DNA from: Octopus sinensis
Lineage: Eukaryota
DNA: 64,000 nt
NCBI RefSeq assembly: GCF_006345805.1
Contig: NC_043010.1
Location: 17,980,001-18,044,000, forward strand
Direction: 5' to 3'
This document shows, in pieces, positions 38,221 to 50,695 of the stretch (its first letter is position 1; each line of letters opens with the position of its first letter). The notes beneath the pieces are model-generated. The model ran no database searches, was not told the origin of the DNA, and was given only the letters and a program-made list of their open reading frames with translations. A program made the position numbers and the translations under genes.

Positions 38221-38564
38221 CCCTAGTGAGACACTAATTACAGCATCTTCTTCTTCTCCTCTTTTCTTTATTACTTTCTTTCTTCTTTTATTCTGTTATC
38301 ACATTTCTTCCAGTAGTTCCAAGGTCATCATCAAATCTGACAAACAATCACATACACACACACACACATATGTGTGTAGTAAGAAGCTTGCTTTCCAACC
38401 ACATGATTCTGGGTTCAGTCCCATTGCATGCCACATTGGGCAAGTGATTTCTACTTTAGCTTCAGGCTGACCAAAGCCTTGTGAGTAGATTTGGTAAACT
38501 GGAACTGAAAGAAGCCTCTGTGTGTGTGTGTGTGTGTGTGCACGCGCGTGTGTGTGTGTGTGTG

Positions 38565-39452
38565 TAGGGTGCGATGGGTAAATTGTTGCCATTTTATATT
38601 TTTAATGTGCACATGTGCATTGTTTTTTTTTGGGGGGGGGATTTTGTTAACTACAGTGTATAGTAGGGTCAGTTGGGCATCATCTGTGACAAAACCAGCA
38701 CCGTGATGCAATTCAGTCTGCCAGAAATTTTTTAAAATGCTGTACTGCTTGGCATTCGTGCTGGAAGCTCCAGGATTAACATTTCAGAGTATTTGGGTGT
38801 CAATCTCAGGACAGTGCAATCTTAGGACATGTACCAAGAGTGATAAAAATCCAGCATCCAGTCAACATGATGGTGTTTGAAGTGATCATTAGTGATGGCA
38901 ACGTTAGCCTCCATTCATCTTCACACGTGGCCTCACACTTAATACAGAAGCCTACACCAAGTGCCTGGAGGAGGTAGTGCCATCCTAGGTCAAGAGGGTG
39001 GAAGACCCTATGTCTGACAACGGGACTCTGCACCATGCCACACAAGCAGGAGAACCTAGTCATGACTGTCCAACAATTTCTGTGACCACATCACCCCTAA
39101 CATCTGGCCACCTAACTCCCCAGACTGCAACTCCCTTGATTATTATGTGTGGGGTGCAGTTGAGCGAGAGACCAACAAAACTCCTTGTATCACCAAGGAT
39201 GAACTGAAGGCAAGGATTATGGCAGCATTCACCAACATAAACAAGGAAACCGTCCAGAAGAGTTGCCGAAGATTCTGAAGTCATCTGGAAGCCATGGTTG
39301 AAGCCAATGGCGATTTTATTGAATAAATTTATTCTTTAGTATTTCAAGATATTTTTATGTAATTTTGGTAAATATATCTATTAAAATGAGATGTCACTGT
39401 TATTTTCGTTTTTGTGTAATTTAGACAAAAATATATTCACCCCACCTTGTGT
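38565..39452 (+). mobile_element. Internally deleted maT (DD37D) transposon
   Basis: Both ends present; MMVFEVI.SDG, WP PNSPDCN.LDYYVWG region present; N-terminal half of the transposase missing. Confidence 0.85.
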
Positions 39453-39489
39453 GTACGTATATATATATATATATATATACACTTACATA

Positions 39490-39700
39490 CATGTGACCGC
39501 ATGTGTATCATTGGCGATTTTCTTTCTCCGTCTTCCCTGCTTTGGGCTTTTTCCATGTCTCTGATGAAGAGCTCTGCTCGAAACATGAAATCCTCTTTCT
39601 TTTCTTTCATCTCCTGAGCATCCAATAACACAGTACTTGTTCCACATCCTTGCATTGTTGTTCTTTTCTTGCTTGTTCTTGTTTGGATTTACTATGTGTG
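39490..39700 (+). mobile_element. Repeat family H carrying a hammerhead-like core (copy A)
   Basis: CTGATGA-A-GAGC-tct-GCTC-GAAAC at 39561-39584; homologous flanks at 42745 and 44600. Confidence 0.75.
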
Positions 39701-40433
39701 TATATATATGTATGTATAGATATATATGTATATATGTGTCTGTATTTGTTCCCTTCACCATCACTTGACAACCGATGCTGGTGTGTTTATGTCCCCATAA
39801 TTTAGCGGTTTGGCAAAAGGGACTGATAGAATAAGTACCAGGCTTTAAAAAATAAGCCCTGGGGTTGATTTCTTCGACTTGAACCCTTTAATGTGGTGCT
39901 CCAGCATGGCTGCATTCAAATGACTGAAACAAACAAAAGAATTAAAAAAGTGTGTGTGTGTTTTAAAACACACACACACATAAAACTTTCACTCACCCCT
40001 GTTCTTGACTTCCTTTCTCTATTTTATTGCCATTCTTCTTTTTGTACTGCTAGTCTTCACCCTCACATCACAGAGCCACATATTCATGACACTTACCGTA
40101 AGACTTAGCACTGTCCACCCGTAGTATTCTCTACCTTCATTTCACCCTAATCATTCTGTTTGTACTTTATATTCTGAGTCTTTTCCATTCACCTCTCCAG
40201 CTTTTGCTGTCGTTGCTGCCTCTTCTGTCCACCTTCTTGGTCACTTTCCTTCTATGAACAACAACATCCTAGTATTGTGGAAACTCTTTCATGATACAAG
40301 GCAACCTTACTCATATTTGCTATAATAAAATGCACCCAGTACACTCTGTAGGGTGGTTAATGTTAAGAAGGCTACCCAGCCATAGAACCTTTGCAGAAAA
40401 TGGAATTTATAAACAAGCCATAGTCCTCCAAGC

Positions 40434-40998
40434 CAGTGTTACTCAGTGGTGGTCCGCGGACTGACACCGGTCCATGAGCCACCGGCTGCTGTATGTGGCG
40501 AGTTCCCAGAAAAGAAAGAAATATTATAAAATGCTTATATAATATTGTGTTATTTGTTTACAAAATAAATTTAAGATAAAAAAAATTGTCAACTTTTATT
40601 ATATTCATTAAATATATTTCGTTTTGGGATTTGGTTTGCAAGATTCTTTATGTGAGTTCGTGTGTTGAAGCATATTCTGTTGTGTCTGGGGAGAGTCGTT
40701 TTCTTTTTCTGCCTTATAATGTAACACACTCACCGGTAAAATTTCCATTTATTCCTTATTTTTCTTTTTTCTTTGAAAATTTTAGAAAAATAAAAATAAG
40801 GAATAAGTGGAAATTTTACCGGTGAGTGTGTTAAATTATAAGGCACAAACAGAAAATGACTCTCCTCAGACACAACAAATTAAATATATTATTTCCGGTA
40901 TAAATTAATACTAATAAGAAATATTACTGGTCCCTGGCACATTGGGGGGGGAAAAAAAAACTGCCAACATGCCACATGAGATAGTTTGAGAAGCATTG
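40434..40998. mobile_element. hAT-like MITE containing palindrome P6
   Basis: Ends cagtgttactca / tgagaagcattg; 8-bp flanks ctccaagc / ttccaagc (7 of 8 match). Confidence 0.7.
40678..40877. repeat. Fold-back palindrome P6 (about 85-90 bp arms)
   Basis: aacacactcaccggtaaaatttccatttattccttatttt versus aaaataaggaataagtggaaattttaccggtgagtgtgtt. Confidence 0.9.
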
Positions 40999-41185
40999 TT
41001 CCAAGCCATCTAAGAGGGGGAGTAACTCAGAATGGGTAATTCTGATTCAAACCAGCATAACCTGTCCGATGTATAACAACATGGAGAGCACACACACACT
41101 TGTTTTTGTACACACAGATATATATACTCTGTATTTCATGTCCCTCTTATCATACTAACATCTCTCTCTCTTTTTGCTGCAGGCC

Positions 41186-41416
41186 ATGGGAAACTCAAAG
41201 TGGAGTAAGAATGAGGCAGCAGTACTCGGTATGCCACAGCGTGAGCGCCAGCTCCACCTTGCTGTGATGGGCAATGAACGGGAGACCGTACGAAACCTTA
41301 TTCTGGAAGGTGCAGACATAAACTACCCTTGGAGCAATCCTACAGTACCCAGTGTGAAAGACAGCACCACACCTCTTTTGGCTGCTGTCTCATTGAATCA
41401 TGTTGATATTACTATG
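41186..41416 (+). CDS. Ankyrin repeat and SOCS box (ASB-type) protein, coding exon 1
   Basis: Acceptor tttttgctgcag|GCC at 41183, Kozak gccATGG; MGNSKW...QLHLAVMGNERETVRNLILEGADIN...TPLLAAVSLNHVDITM; donor ATG|gtgagt, phase 0. Confidence 0.85.
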
Positions 41417-41457
41417 GTGAGTAATACACACATATATATATATACACACACACACAC

Positions 41458-41529
<72 letters not shown>

Positions 41530-42374
41530 TCGGCTGAATGTTGTTGTTGTTGTTGATGAGTAGGCCCCGTCAGCCTTGATCTGGCAGACTTATAGAAGAT
41601 AATCCAGCCATGACCTCCTCATCATTTTAAGATTACATAAGACTATTAACCAATGTGTTCTTTCTTTATTTAAGATGGTAGGTTATAATTTGAGGGAGAT
41701 TTGGCTGCTATTTTTTATTAACAAGCTGAGTTAACTACTGCCAACAAGTTGACTATATTGTGGTCCCTTGTTAGCAGAAGAATTGGTGATGTCAACTGTG
41801 AGTGTGGACAAGGTAGATTTAGCCATGATGTCATAGTTATTGCTCTTTTGTGTTCTTGGTGGTGTGTGTACCCCAGAACAGTGCACAGGGTACACATACC
41901 CTAATGATGGGGCTAGTTTTGTGTCTGTGGGATTGAGTGGAAGAAATAACGTCTTGTTTTCTTCTTACTGGGTCGTCTTTTATGTGCTGTGAATGTTGTG
42001 TGTGTGGTGGAGGAGTGGGGGGGGCTGTTTGTAACTTCTAAGAGCTTTCTCTTCAGTGTGTGTGTTTGTTGGTTCTGTTGCTGTTATCTGATATTATTGG
42101 TTATAAGGAAGCTAGATTTGGTTGATGATGTCCAATAGTTGTGTAACACATCACACATATGTGGTTACATAAACATTACCACACACACACAACACAAAAG
42201 CTTAAGTAAACACTCTCTTTTATCATTCCCTAAATTGCTCGTTGTTTGTCTACATCTTTAAACAAACAACCATGACCCAATACAGTCACTGCTGAAATGG
42301 CATCCATACCACCACCAACACAACGCTACCACCTGTGCCACCAACACTAACTTCGATTTACCATTCCATTCCAG

Positions 42375-42616
42375 ATCCTTCTAAATGCTGGTGCCAACGT
42401 GAATCTAGCTGACCGCAATGATTGTACACCTCTCTACAAGGCAGCCTATCATGGTCGTCCTCACTTGGTAGATATCCTAGTTCAGGCTGGTGCTGATATT
42501 AATCGTGCTGATAAAGACGGACAGACACCACTCTATATCTGTGTACAGAATGCCATCGTGCATTCTAGCTTTGCTACTGTACAGAAATTACTCACTGCCG
42601 GTGCCTCTCTTGATAA
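42375..42616 (+). CDS. ASB-type protein, coding exon 2 (ankyrin repeats)
   Basis: Acceptor ccattccag|ATC; ILLNAGANVNLADRNDCTPLYKAAYHG...AGADINRADKDGQTPLYICV...AGASLD; donor AA|gtgagt, phase 2. Confidence 0.92.
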
Positions 42617-42744
42617 GTGAGTACATGACTTTCATGATCAACATTATCTCTCTGTTTCTCTTTCTACCGCTCTCTTTCTCTCTCTCTCTCTCTGTATGTA
42701 TATATGTGTGTATAAATATATATATATATATATATTCAAAATGT

Positions 42745-42930
42745 GACCACGTGTGTACCGTTGGCGATTTTTTTTTCCTGTCTTCCCTTCCTTGGATCTT
42801 TCCTTTTCCTATGTTTCTGATGAAGAGCTCCGCTCAAAACGTTAAATCCTCCTTCTTTCTTTCCTTTCCTGAGCGTCCAATAACACTATACTTGTTCCAC
42901 GTCCTCGCGTTGTTGTGTTTTCATGTTGGG
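42745..42930 (+). mobile_element. Repeat family H (copy B), ASB intron
   Basis: gtttCTGATGA-A-GAGC-tcc-GCTC-aAAAC-GTT-aaat at 42813-42847. Confidence 0.75.
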
Positions 42931-42936
42931 ATTAAC

Positions 42937-42990
<54 letters not shown>

Positions 42991-43514
42991 ATAATATATA
43001 TATATATATGTATATATATATAAAACAGAAAACTGGAGAATTTTTGGTGTTATTTATTCTGTATTACACATGTTTCATTAACAATGAGAACTAAATAGGT
43101 ACACATGTAGAAAAACATGTCAGACATCTCCTATTACTAATTCATCAGAGTGAGAATTATGCAGATATGCTTCACGATGACACAGCTTGCATTATAACCC
43201 TATCTACATTCTATATATATATATTTATATCTTTTAGATTTGTTAATGGGAAATGTTGGGAATATGCAAATAAAGCTCCTATTCCATTATGCCAGACACA
43301 GTCCAAATGATGTTGACTGGTGAACGAGTTTTGGGGATTGCACTGAACTGTACTGATGACCGCAGATACTATGGGCTACACTGTAATCATCCCAGGAATA
43401 CGGACTCTGATCTTAAGAGTCATGTAATTTGTGGAAACGCGCGTAGCAATGCATTAAATGTTTATAAATTCCATCCATGGATTGTTACTATTATATATAT
43501 ATATATATATATAT

Positions 43515-44075
43515 AGGCGCAGGAGTGGCTGTATTGTAAGTAGCTTGCTTACCAACCACCTGGTTCTGGGTTCAGTTCCACTGCATGGCACCTTGGGTAA
43601 GTGTCTTCTACTATAGCCTCGAGCTGACCAAAGCCTTGTGAGTGGATTTGGTAGACAGAAACTGAAAGAAGCCTTTCATTTTCATTATATATATATATAT
43701 ATATATATATGAGTGACTGTATGGTAAGTAGCTTGCTTATCAACCACATGGTTCCGGGTTCAGTCCCACTGCGTGGCACCTTGGGCAAATGTCTTCTACT
43801 ATAGCCTCGGGCCAACCAAAGCCTTGTGAGTAGATTTGGTGGACGGAAACTGAAAGAAGCCCGTCGTATATATGTATATGTTTGTGTGTCTGTTTGTCCC
43901 TCTGACATTGCTTGACAACCGATGCTGGTGTGTTTACACTGTAACGTAGCAGTTCGGCAAAAGAGATCAATAGAATAAGTACTAGGCTTACAAAGAATAA
44001 GTCCTAGGATAGATTTGCTCAACTAAAGGCGCTGCTCCAGCATGGCCACAGTCAAATGACTGTAGCAAGTGAAAG
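43515..44075 (+). mobile_element. SINE family A: 5' half (43515-43677) followed by a near-full copy (43710-44075)
   Basis: ggcgcaggagtggctgtattgtaagtagcttgcttaccaaccac repeated; tail gctccagcatggccacagtcaaatgactg. Confidence 0.85.
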
Positions 44076-44242
44076 AAAATACACACACACATACTAGTTG
44101 AAGAAGTCAATAGATCAAATTTGAATAACCAGTCAACTTGATCTTCAAAATAAATTTGACTTTGCACTCGCTATAGAGTCACTCCATTGTTATTCTTAAT
44201 AATAATCTTTACAATAATAATCCTACTTCAATGTGGTTATGT

Positions 44243-44492
44243 ATATTAGAGTGAAACCACTATGTGGACATCCTTATACTAGAAATAGATCTGCTATGGT
44301 CTTACTACTAAGAAATGTTCTCAAGAAAAATTTAGCAAAACAACCAAAACGTAATCGAGCAAGACAAAAGAAAAAGCAATAAAAATATGGATTGTTTTGC
44401 TAAATTTTTTTTGAGAACATTTCTTAGAGGTAAGATCATAGCAGATCTATTTCTAGCATAAGGGTGTCCACATAGTGGTTTCCCTCTAATAT
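44243..44492. repeat. Fold-back palindrome P7 (about 100 bp arms, about 43 nt loop), ASB intron
   Basis: gaaaccactatgtggacatccttatactagaaatagatctgctatg versus catagcagatctatttctagcataagggtgtccacatagtggtttc. Confidence 0.9.
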
Positions 44493-44599
44493 GTATATAA
44501 TACAATTTTACTGAACCTTCAGTTTTTTTTTATATGCTAGACCACTGGTGTGAAATCGATGTTAATTAAATTAATATCTAATTTCTCATATTTGAATTG

Positions 44600-44830
44600 T
44601 TGCCAATTTTTTTTCCCCTGTCTTCCTTTTCAATTGGACTTTCCTCTGTCTCATGTTTCCCAAGAAGAGCTTTGCTCGAAATGTAAAACCATCTTTCTCT
44701 CCTTCCTTGAGCGTCTGCCAATACTTTACATGTACCACATCCTTGCGTTGTTGTTTTTTTGTGTTTGTTCTTTGTTTTTTTGGGATTTATACACACACAC
44801 ACAACACACAAACCTCTCTTTCTGTTTGAA
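44600..44830 (+). mobile_element. Repeat family H (copy C, core decayed), ASB intron
   Basis: gtttcccaagaagagctttgctcgaaatgtaaaacc at about 44655-44690; flanks homologous to copies A and B. Confidence 0.7.
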
Positions 44831-44914
44831 TTGTACTGTCTTTCTCTATTAATATTCCCCTGCATACATGTCTATACGAACTTGTTACTCTGTGAACTAC
44901 ACTCTGATCCCTAT

Positions 44915-44958
<44 letters not shown>

Positions 44959-44984
44959 TTAACCTCCCTGTTTGTATATTGCAG

Positions 44985-45480
44985 ATGTGACAATTCTGGC
45001 AAGTCCCCACTGAATGTGGCTGCCCACTGGAAGTTAAAGGACATGATAAGTATCCTACTGACTGCGCACAGTGATGTGAACATGACTGATAAACGGGGCC
45101 ACACCCCGCTCTATGTGTGTGTCAGCTCGTTGAGCACCGGCCTCTACAAGGAAGACCTTAAATACCAAGTGCCCTGCATCAAGGTGTTGTATTGTGCTGG
45201 CTGTGACATGCTCAATCTCGTTGACTGGCTGAAATGGAAAGGTCCCGGCATCCCTCCTGAGCTGCTGTCTGACAAGGGTGATGAAGCATTCTTTGAGTGG
45301 TACACCACCAGCATACGGTCGCCGCACTCCCTCTGCAACTTGTGCCGTAAGGTGATTCAACAGACTCTGTGTGCAAATAATTCCTCGCAGGACTACATGA
45401 AGCTTGTATCAACTTTACCACTGCCTCACAAACTGCGTGTCTACCTGTCTCGCAAAATGTTTCACTTGCCCACATCCTGA
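44985..45480 (+). CDS. ASB-type protein, last coding exon (ankyrin repeats plus SOCS box)
   Basis: Acceptor tatattgcag|A completes the Lys codon from exon 2; SPLNVAA, TPLYVCV; SOCS box SLCNLCRKVIQQTL...LPLPHKLRVYL; TGA at 45478-45480. Exons total 969 nt = 322 aa plus stop. Confidence 0.92.
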
Positions 45481-45521
45481 TAAAGATGACTGATTCTATG
45501 TATGGGAGAGAAGGAAGGAGT

Positions 45522-45571
<50 letters not shown>

Positions 45572-45676
45572 TGTTAGGTGGAATGGTGTAGAGATGAGCA
45601 GCAGTGGTTCAGGGGTTATTTCTGTGGTGGTGGTGGTGGTGGTGGTGGTGGTGGTGGTGGTGGCAGTGGTGGTGGC

Positions 45677-45900
45677 GGCGGTGAGCTGGCAGAAACGTTA
45701 GCACGCTGGGCAAAATGCGTAGCCATATTTTGTCTGCCATTACGTTCTGAGTTCAAATTCCGCTGAGGTCGACTTTGCCTTTCATCCTTTCAGGGTCGAT
45801 AAATTAAGTACCAGTTACGCACTGGGGTCGATGTAATCGACTTAATCCGTTTGTTTGTCCCCTCTGTGTGTAGCCCCCTGTGGGTAATAAAGAAATAAAG
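45677..45900 (+). mobile_element. SINE family B, about 200 bp downstream of the ASB stop
   Basis: ggcggtgagctggcagaaacgttagcacg...gtgggtaataaagaaataaag. Confidence 0.88.
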
Positions 45901-48900
45901 AAATCGGTGGTTGGGGATGGTTGTAAGGATTTGGAGCTAAGAACTTGGAAAGTAGGGGTTTAATGATGGGGAGAGATAATCTGGGGGCTGAATCAAGCAG
46001 ATTCCTTTTTGTTTTTTATTTGCATAAATCCCTACTCATAGACTGACACCAGCACCACCAACACCACCACTTACCTCATATACACTCTTACCACCCCTAC
46101 TACTAAATTACTTTCACACACACCACCACTACCACCACACTATAACACACCCCTGCCACACTGATGCCATCACCACTGCCTCCCCCATCATGTATGTTGT
46201 TCCACTTTTAGTTGTATTTTTTAAAACTGCATATAAAGTGAAAAATGTCAACCCACCCCCATGCCCTAGTTGAGGACATGTTCCTGCACACATTGATGAT
46301 GCAGTCATTGCAGTTTTTGTTGCTGTCCTTCATTCTGTCCTTATTTGTCTACTCACTGCACTCATTGTTAGTGTAATAACTGTGGCCCCTTTTGGTTAGT
46401 CATTCTAATCAGACTGCCGCCCACCATACAAATGCCATGCATTGTCCAATCTTCAAAATGACAAGGTACTCAATACTTCTTCAGTGCCACAGACTTCTGC
46501 TCTTTGCCCTCTTTAAACTTGAGGCAACTTTCACGTGAAGAGGGAGTTTCTTTGTAATGTCTTGACCTGGTCAATGTAGCAGTCAAGTTCCCTGCTCTCT
46601 TTAAAATGTTAGGACCACATGAGACAGGAAGTTTCTTTGTAGTGTCTTGACTTGCTTAATAACAAACTTCCTGATGCTAGCTTTTAAATAGGAGCCAAAC
46701 AATTCAGCATAGCTGCTCCCTACTATCTTTAAAAGCAGCAAACTTATTCAAATCCTAAATCCAGGACAACATTCCTCAATCAGGAGGATTAAAACCTTCA
46801 TCCACTTACCAATGTCTGTGCCCAGGGGTGCACTGATCAGAGCAGCCCCATCAATAACAGTATGACCGAACTATTCCCCCACCCCTCCTTCCACACAAAA
46901 ATCGAACCACTGCAAGGTTTGAATTTTGTTACAGTGCAAAGCTCTGAATCAAAGCCCCAAATTGTACTGGCTCTGCCATCACTCAAAATTGTCATTTGTT
47001 AGGTGTGTGGGTTTGACTGGAGAGGAGTTGAAAGAAAACCTAATGTTTCCCTGCGAGGCCCAACATCCTGGGTTTTAGAATGAGAGATTCTGATCTGTCT
47101 CCCTATTCAACTATTTTTTATTTCATGTATGTGTTGACCACAGAATGTCTAGAAAAACACTTTATTTTATTATTTTATTTCAAGGCCCAGTATTTTGATG
47201 CTTAGCGGAATAGCAAGAGAAAGGGATAGGAAGTGTAGAGGGGAATGGGTCTTCGAAATGCTAAAGTGTAATTTGAAGGTGAGGGGAATATAATTGGTGG
47301 AAATGATAGAAGAGGGAGATGGGTGTCACAAGTAAAATGGCCTAGGGTTAGCAAGGGGTTAGGGAAGTTTAGTTACAGCAACTAGTGACTGAGAACACAA
47401 TGTGAGGGTGAGACTGAAATTGTGTAAATGTTTGTGTATTGTTGGTTGAGACAGGTTTTATAACTTGTCTATAGAGGAGGAGGAAGAGAAGGAAATTGTT
47501 CTGGTTGAAATGAAACAGGGTTTCACAACTTTAGCAATCATATTATCATCATACATTATCTACAGTCATGGATTAGAGGTAATCTGTGATGGCGTTTGTC
47601 TATTGATAACTTTCTTTTGAATGTTTGATGACTGAAGAATGTAAAAAAAAAAAAAACTATTGTGACAAAAAAGACTGAAAAATAAGTAGAGAGAACTAAG
47701 AATTTTAATTAAAAACAGCCAAACACTACCCTTTTTTTTTTTTTTTTCTTTTTAAAATTCATTTTCAGAAAGGAAAATGATGTTATGAACAGGTGATGGT
47801 TTGTAGAAAAACTGTTCGAATTAAAAACCAGTTCTTTACCACTTAGAAATTGAAGGACACATTGGCCAATGTTATTCTAAATAAACAAACAAAGCAAAAA
47901 AAATAAGATGGTCATCTTTGGATTGCCTTTAATCATACATCTACCCATCGATAGCTGACTCAGGCTAAACAGTAGCAACAACAATTTCCAGAGTTCCATG
48001 GTAACAAGGTAGCCTCTGCTAGAAACAACAGCCATATATATCTTAAGTTACAATCCTGCCATCATGAAAAGGAGGAACTTATTGAATAATGCAGTCCTAG
48101 ATACACTATGCCTGAATCAAAGATAATCTGGAGCATCTTTGATCATAGACCTGCATTGAGCAGGACTGATCTTGGATTAGCAAGAGCAGCACCAATAGCA
48201 ACCCTAATGGTAGACTTAGGCAGAATTAGGGACACTGTTGCCCATCTCTCTGTTCTATCCTACTTGGACCTGAGTGTCAGGAGGAGAATGAGGTTTTTAA
48301 GGGTCTATTTCCTTTCAGTTTTTCTTCCCTGTATGACTACTTATTTCCATATTATTGTTTAACCCCAGGTCAGCCCTGATCCGGCAAGCTTATCACCTTA
48401 AACTTTCTAGTCATGAATTAGTTTTAGATGTAACACATCTTGAAATTACGTTATCTCATATGACCTTCCATCTTGTAAGGTATGATTTGAGAAATATTTG
48501 GCTGCCATTTCTAGCAGGGAAATGGGTTCAGTTGGCTATTACACAGGTGAGTTGATGGGTTCCTAAAGGATGATGTCTTGAATATTTTGTAATATTTTGA
48601 TGATGGAAAGAAAAAAAAAATCAACAAATACCATACTGTTAAATGTTCTGAAGACTGAGTATTTGGGGTTCCAATTCTTCTACTGGCACTGTGCGAGGTT
48701 GTTGTCTGGGATCCACTTCTGCAAATATCTCAGTATATTTTGCTATGAGATAAGCAGTGTTGCCTCCCCAAACAAGTTTCAGTGTTTCTCCTTAGCTAAA
48801 AATCAAACCAAACTACATACATGAACACGTATTGTGTGTGTGTGGGGGGGAGCATGAATTACTACAATCTTTTGGATGATAATTGAAGAGGATTTACCAA

Positions 48901-48984
48901 TATTCTAAATGTGTGTATTTTCCATTTGTTCCATTTGTTTGCACTTCTATATATATATATATATATATCTTTATATACATATAC

Positions 48985-49815
48985 GGGGTGTGGTGAGTAA
49001 ACTGTTGTCTAAATTATGTAAAAATGAAAATAACACTGACATCTCATTTTAAATATATATTTACCAAAATTACATAAAAATATCTTGAAATACTAAAGAA
49101 TAAATTTATTCAATAAAATTACCATTAGCTTCAACCACGACCTCCCAACGACTTTGGAATCTCCTGCAACTCTTCTGGACTGTCTCCTTGTTTAAGTTGG
49201 TGAATGCTGCCATAATCCTTGCCTTCAGTTCATCTTTGGTGTTACAAGGACCTTTGTTGGTCTCTTGCTCAGCTGCGTTCCATGCATAATAATCAAGAGG
49301 GTTGCAGTCTGGGGAGTTAGGTGGCCAGTTGTCAGGGGTGGTGTGGTCACAGAAATTGTCTGAGAGCCATGACTGTATTTTGCTTGTGTGGCATGGTGCA
49401 GAGTCTTGTTACCAGACACAGGGTCTTCCAGCAGCAACCCTCTTGACCCAAGGCAACACTACCTCCTCCAGTCACTTGATGTAGGCCTCCGTGTTGAGTC
49501 TGAGGCCATTTGGGAAGATGAATGGAGGCATAACATTGCTATCACTAGTGATCACTCTAAACACCATGATATTTGATTTTTATCACTCTCAGTACATGTC
49601 CTCAGATTGCATTGTCCGCAGATTGACACCCAAACACTCTGAAATGTTCATATTAGAGCTTCTGGTGCAAATACCAAACAGCATGTTGTTTCCAAATTTC
49701 TAGACGGTGCCCAACTAACCCTACTATACTGTGTAGTTGACAAAATCAAAAACAAACAATACGCATGCACATAATTAAAAATAAGAAATGGTGACAATTT
49801 ACCCATCTCACCCAG
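48985..49815 (-). mobile_element. Internally deleted maT (DD37D) transposon
   Basis: Both ends present; same deletion junction as the 38565 copy. Confidence 0.85.
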
Positions 49816-50334
49816 TATATATATATATACATACATACACATACATGTATATACCTGTGTAATATGTTACCATTATACCAGACATGTTTGTTTCTTCATT
49901 TTTTTCCCCTCTCCCCATCTGTTTTCTTGCTGCTTTCTTTCCTCAAAACATCAAAGACTTCTTCCATTTTTCCTGAGCATCAAAACCAAGACATTGTGTT
50001 TGTTGTTCCTCACCTGTTTCTGCCTTCTGTTTTTTATTTATTTTTTTTTGCATACAATTTTGAACCATATTTATATACAGGTGTTACTTAAGCCTGCAGT
50101 CTACCTGGCCATTTACACATTAGCTTGCAGTTTAATTCTGACATTAATAACACTGATCTTAATGCTGACTCTCATTCTAAACCCAGATCAGATCATTTCA
50201 TAGTGTAAAGTGAAGTGAAATGAGATGCAGTGAGCTGATCAAGTCAATTTTTGAGTTTATTTGTTGCATATTATGTGATAAATTGTAGCTCAATGATTGC
50301 TTCTGTGGATAATCCAGAAAGCCATTATTATTAT

Positions 50335-50695
50335 TAGTACCGTTCAATTGTCAGGCAATAATGCTGTGCTTGAGAAGACCTGTTGAGTCAAGTGAAATCA
50401 TTGTCGTGGCCGATGCCAATGCTTCCTGACTGGTACCCATGCCGGTGGTACGTAAAAAGCACCATTCGTGATCAATACCAGTGCCACCTGACTGGTCCCT
50501 GTGCCGCTGGCACATAAAAAGCACCCGCTGCACTCTCAGAGTGGTTGGTGTTAGGAAGGGCATCCAGCTGTAGAAACCTTGCCAGATCAGTTTGGAGCCT
50601 GGTGCAGCCTCCTGGCTTGCCAGTCCTCAATCAAACCATCCAATCCATGCCAGCATGGAAAGCGGACACTAAACAATGATGATGATGATGATGAT
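50335..50695 (+). mobile_element. Family D element
   Basis: ggtacgtaaaaagcacc and ggcacataaaaagcaccc modules; (GAT)n tail. Confidence 0.8.

Noticed and set aside
43289-43516. 75-aa ORF as an extra ASB exon
   Set aside because: No ankyrin features or fitting splice sites; exons 42375-42616 and 44985-45480 already join in frame.
46800-46870. Minus-strand exon-like stretch (GHTVIDGAALISAPLGTDI|gtaagt)
   Set aside because: Has a donor but no convincing acceptor; may be a degenerate transposon remnant.
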